This document shows, in pieces, positions 57,243 through 64,000 of a stretch of 64,000 nt of DNA (within the stretch, counting starts at the first letter, position 1; each line of letters opens with the position of its first letter). The DNA is from Cytophagales bacterium. Its GTDB lineage: Bacteria; Bacteroidota; Bacteroidia; Cytophagales; JAHDFW01. The notes beneath the pieces are model-generated. The model made no database searches and was not told where the DNA came from. It saw nothing but the letters and a program-made list of their open reading frames with translations. A program made the translations under genes and the position numbers. The stretch spans positions 7,599 through 71,598 of the forward strand of contig JAHDFW010000003.1 of the NCBI GenBank assembly GCA_020627945.1. The letters are read 5' to 3'.

Positions 57243-57397
57243 AACAAAGTGAACCTATTAGTTGATTTTAGGGTTTTATCCTGAAACAATCATACAAAGG
57301 TGTTTTGGCGTATTATATTTATTGTTATTTTTACAATAAGTGTCGCATTACAGTGTCCTTATTGGTGTGGATTGTTTTTTAAATGGAAATTAAACCT

Positions 57398-57405
57398 TAC
57401 TTTTG
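57398..57405 (+). promoter_or_regulatory. Candidate -7 box (TACTTTTG) for korA
   Basis: Exact TAnnTTTG match 33 nt upstream of the ATG at 57439. Confidence 0.35.
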
Positions 57406-57438
57406 CACCCGAAAAAATCGGTCTAAACCGTTTAAATA

Positions 57439-59271
57439 ATGACAAACAGTACAAAAGAATTAGATAAAGTTGTAATCAAGTTCGTTGGAGATTCCGGAGA
57501 CGGGATGCAACTTACTGGTTCACAATTTACCGATACGTCTGCTTTATTTGGCAACGACCTTGCGACTTATCCTGACTACCCTGCAGAAATCAGAGCTCCT
57601 CAAGGAACTGTAGCTGGAGTATCTGGATTTCAAGTTCACATTGGGCATACCAGAATTCATAATCCAGGGGACAACCCAGATGTTCTGGTTTGTATGAATG
57701 CAGCCGCACTTCTGGCTAACCTTAGCTTAATAGAAGCCGGTAAAACAATTATCGTAGATACGGACAGTTTTAAACAGAGAGACTGCGAAAAAGCAGGTTG
57801 GGAAGGAAACCCTCTTGAAGATGGAACTTTAGATTCATACAACCTAGTTGAAGCGCCAATTACTTCTCTTACCAGAGAAGCCTTAAAAGAAACTGGAATG
57901 GAACGTAAACATGTGGAGCGTTCCAAAAACATGTTTGCTTTGGGAATGGTATATTTCATGTTCAACCGTCCTATGAAATATACGGAGTCGTTCCTTGAGC
58001 AAAAGTTTGCATCAAAACCGGATTTAATCAATGCTAATAAATTGGCTTTGAGAGCTGGATATAACTTTGCAATTACCATTGAGGCTATTTCCTCGACTTA
58101 CTCTGTAGCTCCAGCGAAAATGGAACCAGGTGTTTATAGAAACATCATGGGTAACGTCGCAACGGCATGGGGCTTCTTAGCTGCCTCAGAAAAATCTGGA
58201 AGAAAGTTATTTTTGGGTTCCTACCCTATTACACCTGCTTCTGATATTCTTCATGAATTAGCCAAGTACAAACATTTCGGGTGCAGAGCATTTCAAGCAG
58301 AAGATGAAATTGCCAGTGTATGTGCCGCTATTGGGGCAAGTTATGCTGGTAATCTAGCCATTACTACTACTTCTGGACCTGGGCTTGCACTTAAAGGCGA
58401 AGCTATTGGACTAGCAGTTTCAACAGAGTTGCCACTTGTAATTGTTAATGTTCAGCGTGGTGGACCTTCTACAGGTTTACCTACAAAAACCGAACAATCA
58501 GATTTATTACAGGCTCTTTACGGACGTAATGGAGAGAGCCCTGTTCCGGTAATTGCTCCTAGCACACCTAATAATTGCTTTGACTATGCGTTTCAGGCAT
58601 CTAAAATTGCCCTAGAACATATGACTCCTGTGCTTTTGTTATCTGATGGATATTTGGGTAATGGGGCTGGACCATGGAAAATTAAATCCACAGCGGAACT
58701 TGCAGATATTAACCCTCCTATTGTAGAAGAAGGAACGGAAAACTGGATGCCTTTCGAAAGAGATGAAAAAGGCGTACGTGGTTGGGCAGTTCCAGGAACA
58801 CCAGGACTTGAACACCGTGTGGGTGGATTGGAAAAACAAAATATCACTGGAAACGTTTCCTACGATCCAGAAAATCATGAACTGATGTGTCAGTTACGTG
58901 CAGATAAAATTGAAAAAATCGCTGACTTTATTCCAGAACAAACGATCCATGGTAATCAAAAAGGAAAACTACTGGTTGTAGGTTGGGGAGGAACGTATGG
59001 AAGTTTATTGGATGCAGTAGATTCGGTATTACTAGAAGGAGAAAGTATTGGTCTAGCACACTTCAATTACATCAATCCGTTACCAAAAAACACTAGAGAA
59101 ATATTCGAGCAATTCGAACATGTACTAGTTTGTGAATTGAACTTAGGGCAGTTCGTAAAATATCTTGGTGGAACATTCCAAGACCTTACGTTTGAGCAAT
59201 ACAACAAAGTGAAAGGTAAACCTTTCGGAGTTGGTGAACTAACTGAGGAATTTAGAAAGTACTTAAAATAA
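57439..59271 (+). CDS. korA: 2-oxoglutarate:ferredoxin (2-oxoacid:acceptor) oxidoreductase subunit alpha
   Basis: 610 aa. N-terminus VIKFVGDSGDGMQLTG, with the fused gamma/alpha-type architecture and the GSYPITPASD, TTSGPGL and QRGGPSTGLPTK motifs. Confidence 0.88.
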   Translation: MTNSTKELDKVVIKFVGDSGDGMQLTGSQFTDTSALFGNDLATYPDYPAEIRAPQGTVAGVSGFQVHIGHTRIHNPGDNPDVLVCMNAAALLANLSLIEAGKTIIVDTDSFKQRDCEKAGWEGNPLEDGTLDSYNLVEAPITSLTREALKETGMERKHVERSKNMFALGMVYFMFNRPMKYTESFLEQKFASKPDLINANKLALRAGYNFAITIEAISSTYSVAPAKMEPGVYRNIMGNVATAWGFLAASEKSGRKLFLGSYPITPASDILHELAKYKHFGCRAFQAEDEIASVCAAIGASYAGNLAITTTSGPGLALKGEAIGLAVSTELPLVIVNVQRGGPSTGLPTKTEQSDLLQALYGRNGESPVPVIAPSTPNNCFDYAFQASKIALEHMTPVLLLSDGYLGNGAGPWKIKSTAELADINPPIVEEGTENWMPFERDEKGVRGWAVPGTPGLEHRVGGLEKQNITGNVSYDPENHELMCQLRADKIEKIADFIPEQTIHGNQKGKLLVVGWGGTYGSLLDAVDSVLLEGESIGLAHFNYINPLPKNTREIFEQFEHVLVCELNLGQFVKYLGGTFQDLTFEQYNKVKGKPFGVGELTEEFRKYLK

Positions 59272-59282
59272 ATTGAACCATT

Positions 59283-60299
59283 ATGGCTGAAGTAGCTGAA
59301 TATACATACAAAGATTTTGCTAGCGATCAGGAGGTTCGTTGGTGCCCAGGATGTGGTGATTACGCCATTCTAAGAGCCATTCAAAAAGCTCTTCCAGAAC
59401 TTGGTAGGAAAAAAGAAGATTTTCTATTCATTTCTGGAATTGGATGCTCGTCACGTTTTCCTTATTACATGAATACCTATGGAATGCACTCTTTACATGG
59501 AAGAGCTCCTGCATTCGCTACGGGTATGAAAATAGCTAACCCTGAATTAAGCGTTTGGCAAATTACTGGAGATGGTGACGCTTTAGCAATAGGGGGAAAT
59601 CACTTCATACATGCACTTAGAAGAAACATTGACATTAACATTCTGCTTTTCAACAACGAAATTTACGGTCTTACGAAAGGTCAATTTTCTCCAACAAGTG
59701 AGCAAGGAATTAAAACCAAGTCATCTCCTCAAGGATCTTTGGACACTCCTTTTATTCCAGGTGAACTAGTTCTTGGTGCAAGAGGAAGATTTTTCGCTCG
59801 TGTAGTTGACACCGATCCTAAGCACATGACTCAAATATTCATTGAATCAGAACAATTTCGAGGCACTTCCATGATTGAAATCCTACAAAACTGTGTGATA
59901 TTCAATGACAAAACTCATGCAGCAATTACTGCAAGAGACACTCGTGATGAATTCCAACTTCACCTTGAACATGGTAAGCCAATGATCTTTGGAAAAGAAA
60001 AAAACAAAGGTCTTGTTCTTAATGGGTTTAAATTAGAAGTAGTTACCATAGGAGAAAATGGAATTACTGAAGAAGATATTTTGGTTCACGATGCACATGA
60101 AGAGGACACTACTTTACATTCGATGTTAATTCGAATGAAAGCTCCAGAATTCCCTGTTGCTTTGGGAGTTATAAGAGCGGTTAAGGGTGAAACTTACAAT
60201 AACCTTGTAGAGGAACAAGTGGAGCAAGTTCGTGCCGCATCAAAATTTAATAACGTAGATGATCTACTTTTTAGTGGAGAAACGTGGGAAATTAGTTAA
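59283..60299 (+). CDS. korB: 2-oxoglutarate:ferredoxin oxidoreductase subunit beta (TPP-binding)
   Basis: 338 aa. Motifs WCPGCGDY, GIGCSSR, and the TPP motif GDGDALAIGGNH ... NNEIYGLTKGQ. Confidence 0.88.
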   Translation: MAEVAEYTYKDFASDQEVRWCPGCGDYAILRAIQKALPELGRKKEDFLFISGIGCSSRFPYYMNTYGMHSLHGRAPAFATGMKIANPELSVWQITGDGDALAIGGNHFIHALRRNIDINILLFNNEIYGLTKGQFSPTSEQGIKTKSSPQGSLDTPFIPGELVLGARGRFFARVVDTDPKHMTQIFIESEQFRGTSMIEILQNCVIFNDKTHAAITARDTRDEFQLHLEHGKPMIFGKEKNKGLVLNGFKLEVVTIGENGITEEDILVHDAHEEDTTLHSMLIRMKAPEFPVALGVIRAVKGETYNNLVEEQVEQVRAASKFNNVDDLLFSGETWEIS

Positions 60300-60389
60300 A
60301 TTTGAGGCCTAATTTGTCTAAATCGTTTAAAAACGAGTATTCAAAGCGGGTTTTAGCAAGAGATTACAAACAATATTGCGCAATACATT

Positions 60390-61391
60390 ATGGCTGCAAA
60401 AACTAAATACAGTAAAAAAACGTATATCGACTGGTACAAAATGATGCTTTTGGCCAGAAGATTTGAAGAAAAATGTGGTCACTTATATGTTCAGCAAAAA
60501 TTTGGAGGTTTCTGTCACTTATACATAGGGCAAGAAGCTATTCTAGCTGGATTGATGAGTGGTATCGAAAAAGACGACAAGGTAGTAAGTGCGTATAGAT
60601 GTCACGTACAACCTATGGCACTTGGTACTGATCCAAAACGAATCATGGCTGAACTTTACGGAAAAACTACAGGAGTAGTGAAAGGTAAAGGTGGTTCCAT
60701 GCACATGTTCGACAAAGAAGTAGGCTACTTTGGTGGTCACGGAATTGTTGGTGGACAAATCGGATTAGGAGCTGGAATCGGTTTCGCTGAGAAGTATAAG
60801 GGAACAAAAAACGTATGTCTTTGTTTCATGGGTGACGGTGCTACACGTCAGGGAATGTTACATGAAGTATTCAATATGTCGATGCTTTGGAAAATCCCTA
60901 CTATTTTCATCGTAGAAAACAACCGTTATTCAATGGGTACTTCTGTTGAAAGAACAACTAATGTTCATGACCTATCTAAGTTAGGCTTATCTTATGACAT
61001 GCCTTCTGAAACAGTTGATGGAATGGATCCTGAAGCAGTTACAGATGCTTTCAAAAAATGGGCAAAACACTGTAGAGCTGGAAAAGGACCTGTTCTTCTT
61101 AACGTTGAAACGTATAGATACAAAGGACATTCAATGTCTGACCCTCAAAAATATCGTACTAAAGACGAAGTTGAGAAGATGAAGAAGGAGGATCCGATTG
61201 AGCAAGTATTGAGTATTATTCGTAAGAATAAATTCATGACAGAAAAGCAAATTGAGCAAGTAGAAGCTGACGTGAAACAAGAAGTAGCAGAATGCGTGAA
61301 ATTTGCTGAAGATTCACCTCTTCCAAATGCAGAAACGGATTTGCACGAAGACGTGTACACACAAGAAGATTATCCATTTATCATAGAATAA
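60390..61391 (+). CDS. pdhA: Pyruvate dehydrogenase E1 component subunit alpha
   Basis: 333 aa. Motifs GFCHLYIGQEA, YRCH, GKGGSMH, the TPP motif GDGATRQG ... ENNRYSMGT, and YRYKGHSMSDP. Confidence 0.88.
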   Translation: MAAKTKYSKKTYIDWYKMMLLARRFEEKCGHLYVQQKFGGFCHLYIGQEAILAGLMSGIEKDDKVVSAYRCHVQPMALGTDPKRIMAELYGKTTGVVKGKGGSMHMFDKEVGYFGGHGIVGGQIGLGAGIGFAEKYKGTKNVCLCFMGDGATRQGMLHEVFNMSMLWKIPTIFIVENNRYSMGTSVERTTNVHDLSKLGLSYDMPSETVDGMDPEAVTDAFKKWAKHCRAGKGPVLLNVETYRYKGHSMSDPQKYRTKDEVEKMKKEDPIEQVLSIIRKNKFMTEKQIEQVEADVKQEVAECVKFAEDSPLPNAETDLHEDVYTQEDYPFIIE

Positions 61392-61402
61392 GAAATTAGA
61401 AA

Positions 61403-62638
61403 ATGGCTGAAATTATAAGAATGCCTAAACTAAGTGATACTATGACCGAAGGTGTAGTATCAGAATGGCATAAAAATGTAGGAGATAGCGTTAAAACGGG
61501 AGATCTCCTAGCTGAAATTGAAACAGACAAAGCGAACATGGAGTTTGAATCTCCTGAAGAAGGAGTTTTGCTTTACGTTGGTTTAGAAGCTGGTGCTGCT
61601 GCTCCAGTTAACTCTGTTTTAGCAATATTAGGAAAGAAAGGAGAAGATGTAGAAGCAATCCTTGCTGCTGAAGGAAATGGAGGCGGTTCAAGTGAAGCTG
61701 CTCCTGCTCCAGAAGAAAAGAAAGAAGAAGCTCCTGCTGCGGCTCCAGTTGCAACTAGCGCACCTGTAGCTAGCGATGGAAGTGTAAAGGCTTCTCCTCT
61801 TGCTAAGAAAATGGCTGCTGAAAAAGGCATCGACCTTTCTGCGGTGCAAGGAACTGGACCTGAGGGTAGAGTAGTTAAAAAGGACATAGAGTCATTTAAA
61901 GGATCTGCTGGAGGTGCAAGAACTGTTGTTCAAGGAAACAGACAAGATGAATCTGTTCCTCACTCAATGATGCGTAAAACTATTGCTAGAAGACTTTCTG
62001 AAAGTAAGTTTACTGCGCCTCACTTCTATTTGACGATGGACATCGACATGGACAATGCTATTCGCGATAGAAAAGCGCTTAATGCTGCATTAGAAGAAGA
62101 TGGTAGAAAAGTATCTTTCAATGACCTTGTGATGAAAGCTTGTGCATTGGCGCTTGTGAAGCATCCTAAAGTGAACTCACAATGGACGGACACGCACATT
62201 GTTTACAAAGGAGATATCAACGTAGGTATGGCTGTAGCTGTTCAGGATGGGCTTGTAGTACCAGTGATTAACCACGCAGACATACTGTCTATTTCAGACA
62301 TGTCTGCTGAATCTAAACAACTTGCTGGTAAAGCTAAAGAAGGTAAGCTTCAACCTGCTGAGATGGATGGAAATACGTTTACGGTTTCTAATCTTGGTAT
62401 GGCAGGAATAGAAAGTTTCACCTCCATTATAAACTCGCCAAGTTCTTGCATCATGGCCGTTGGCGCTATTCGTAACGAACCTGTAGTTAAGAACGGAGAA
62501 ATAGTAGTGGGTAACAAAATGAAAGTAACTCTTTCTTGTGATCACAGAGCCGTTGACGGAGCTGTTGGTTCTGACTTCCTTGGAACCTTTAAGAAAATAA
62601 TGGAAAATCCATTGGTGTATTTCGCAACCATTAACTAA
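61403..62638 (+). CDS. pdhC: Dihydrolipoamide acetyltransferase (E2) of the pyruvate dehydrogenase complex
   Basis: Single lipoyl domain (EIETDKANMEFES), an Ala/Pro linker, a peripheral subunit-binding domain (ASPLAKKMAAEKGIDLSAVQGTGPEGRV) and the catalytic DHRAVDGA motif. Confidence 0.88.
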   Translation: MAEIIRMPKLSDTMTEGVVSEWHKNVGDSVKTGDLLAEIETDKANMEFESPEEGVLLYVGLEAGAAAPVNSVLAILGKKGEDVEAILAAEGNGGGSSEAAPAPEEKKEEAPAAAPVATSAPVASDGSVKASPLAKKMAAEKGIDLSAVQGTGPEGRVVKKDIESFKGSAGGARTVVQGNRQDESVPHSMMRKTIARRLSESKFTAPHFYLTMDIDMDNAIRDRKALNAALEEDGRKVSFNDLVMKACALALVKHPKVNSQWTDTHIVYKGDINVGMAVAVQDGLVVPVINHADILSISDMSAESKQLAGKAKEGKLQPAEMDGNTFTVSNLGMAGIESFTSIINSPSSCIMAVGAIRNEPVVKNGEIVVGNKMKVTLSCDHRAVDGAVGSDFLGTFKKIMENPLVYFATIN

Positions 62639-62645
62639 TAAAACC

Positions 62646-63623
62646 ATGAGAGAAATAGCATTCAGACAAGCACTTAATGAAGCAATGTCCGAGGAGATGC
62701 GGACTGACAAAAATATTTACCTCATGGGAGAAGAGGTAGCAGAATACAATGGAGCATACAAAGTTAGTAAAGGCATGTTGGACGAATTTGGTCCAGAACG
62801 TGTGATTGACTCTCCTATTTCTGAGTTAGGTTTTGCAGGTATCGCTGTTGGAGCTTCAATGAACGGACTAAGACCAATCGTTGAGTTCATGACATGGAAC
62901 TTTGCAATTCTTGCAGCTGACCAAATCATTAACCATGCAGCAAAGATGTTGCAAATGTCAGGTGGACAATTCAATTGCCCAATTGTATTTAGAGGTGGTA
63001 ATGGTACTGCTGGACAATTAGCAGCAACTCACTCGCAAAGTTTTGAGCAAATGTACTCTCACATCCCAGGTTTGAAGGTAATTACTCCTTCGAATCCTTA
63101 CGATGCAAAGGGGCTTTTAAAATCTGCAATCCGTGATAATGACCCTGTATTATTTATGGAGTCTGAAAAAATGTACGGGGACAAAGGAGAAGTACCTGAA
63201 GAAGAGTATTTAATTCCAATTGGTAAAGCCAACATCGTTAAAGAAGGTACTGACTGTACAATTGTAACTTTTGGTAAGATTCTTAAAGTAGCTCAAGCTG
63301 CTGCAGAAGAAATGGAAAAAGAAGGACACTCTATTGAGGTGATCGATCTTAGAACTATTCGCCCGATGGATGTTGAGAGTATTGTTAACTCTGTTAAAAA
63401 GACCAACAGACTAGTAGTAGTTGAAGAATCTTTCCCATTTGGTTCAATTTCTACAGAGATCACTTACAATGTGCAAAAGCATGCGTTCGATTATTTAGAT
63501 GCACCAGTAAGAAGAGTAACACAAAGTGACACGCCTTTCCCATTTAGCCCAACTTTATTGGAAGAAGCTGCACCTAATGTTAAGAATGTGATAAGAGCGA
63601 TTAAAGAGGTGATGTACCTATAA
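62646..63623 (+). CDS. pdhB: Pyruvate dehydrogenase E1 component subunit beta
   Basis: 325 aa. Motifs LMGEEVAEYNGAYKVSKG, DSPISELGF, and a transketolase C-terminal-like end. Confidence 0.88.
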   Translation: MREIAFRQALNEAMSEEMRTDKNIYLMGEEVAEYNGAYKVSKGMLDEFGPERVIDSPISELGFAGIAVGASMNGLRPIVEFMTWNFAILAADQIINHAAKMLQMSGGQFNCPIVFRGGNGTAGQLAATHSQSFEQMYSHIPGLKVITPSNPYDAKGLLKSAIRDNDPVLFMESEKMYGDKGEVPEEEYLIPIGKANIVKEGTDCTIVTFGKILKVAQAAAEEMEKEGHSIEVIDLRTIRPMDVESIVNSVKKTNRLVVVEESFPFGSISTEITYNVQKHAFDYLDAPVRRVTQSDTPFPFSPTLLEEAAPNVKNVIRAIKEVMYL

Positions 63624-63645
63624 AATTTTATAAATCAATTAAGTA

Positions 63646-63683
63646 ATGCCACGTTGAGGAAAATCAGCGTGGCATTTTTGTTT
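63646..63683 (+). terminator. Rho-independent terminator after pdhB
   Basis: 12-bp stem atgccacgttga / tcagcgtggcat (one G-U pair) with a 6-nt loop, followed by TTTTTGTTT. Confidence 0.75.
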
Positions 63684-64000
63684 GGTGCAATTTACCACAC
63701 ATGTAAAAATACCAACCATTTATCCAATAAAACCTACCACTTATAAAGTTGCGGTAACTTTATTCATAATCTCTGCGTAAATTCGAGTAATCTAGAATCA
63801 AACGTCGCTGCGATATAGTTTAGCTTAGGTGGTGGTTTGGTAATTTTTACCCCGGCTTCATTCCAAGCCACCAGGGTTTTGAGCAATCAAAACCCCGCAG
63901 TGTACGTTGATTATTTAACTCCCATTCTAGAACTCCCACAGTATTTTTTGTAAACTAATAAGCATTCCTTATCGACTGCCCTAGAAATTCTCCTTCTTCT

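Noticed and set aside
255-62974. Many 60-140 aa ORFs in the track lie inside, and mostly antisense to, larger genes. Examples are 255-551, 2280-2486, 2612-3960, 4146-4821, 7770-7967, 9038-9286, 12810-14264, 14732-14977, 15871-16332, 19181-19594, 20080-20346, 36192-36670, 39383-41018, 47494-47811, 50305-50613, 57657-58878, 61573-61887 and 62294-62974.
   Set aside because: Each is fully contained in a longer ORF that has strong family motifs. Their translations are low-complexity or mirror the repeat structure of the sense gene. None has an upstream promoter-like box or a recognisable motif.
63684-64000. About 320 nt at the right end with no listed ORF. I checked it for a tRNA or small RNA, for example the ggtttt-gagcaatc-aaaacc hairpin near 63876-63895.
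   Set aside because: I could build no cloverleaf (no T-loop GTTCRA and no matching acceptor stem). The hairpin is short and isolated, and the region may simply precede or contain a gene truncated by the window edge.

Overview
AT-rich chromosomal segment that looks like Bacteroidota, probably Flavobacteriia or Cytophagia-like. The assignment rests on four T9SS type A C-terminal sorting domains and one type B domain, recurrent TAnnTTTG -7 promoter boxes close to start codons, and the absence of obvious Shine-Dalgarno sites. I saw no rRNA, tRNA, CRISPR array, integrase or transposase.

Housekeeping genes frame the window:
- Left end: a pseudouridine synthase, scpB, a dksA-like gene, sucD, uvrA and a ppiD-like gene.
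- Middle: lpd, sanA, a ygiD-like gene and two LPS-type glycosyltransferases.
- Right end: korAB and pdhA-E2-pdhB.

About 40% of the window (25.7 kb) encodes six large secreted or cell-surface proteins.

The most unusual region is a tightly packed + strand run from 32586 to 57184. It encodes, in order:
- a TLC/MFS-like membrane protein fused to HEAT repeats and a degenerate cyclic-nucleotide-binding domain;
- a Cache-HAMP-PP2C (SpoIIE) phosphatase;
- a protein made of three TIR/flavodoxin-like modules;
- a P-loop STAND-type NTPase with a single transmembrane helix, a coiled coil of about 120 residues and seven WD40 blades predicted to lie outside the cytoplasm;
- an outer-membrane beta-barrel and a translationally coupled lipoprotein;
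- two paralogous giant T9SS cargo proteins of 2491 and 1593 aa.

I interpret this as a candidate envelope-spanning STAND/TIR signalling or conflict system tied to surface adhesins. That interpretation is inference from motifs only.

A second accessory block on the - strand (10528..20450) encodes a small secreted protein, a 1772-aa metzincin-like multidomain protein with no recognisable T9SS sorting domain, and a 1351-aa T9SS cargo protein.

All functional calls come from motif recognition by eye. No database search was possible.
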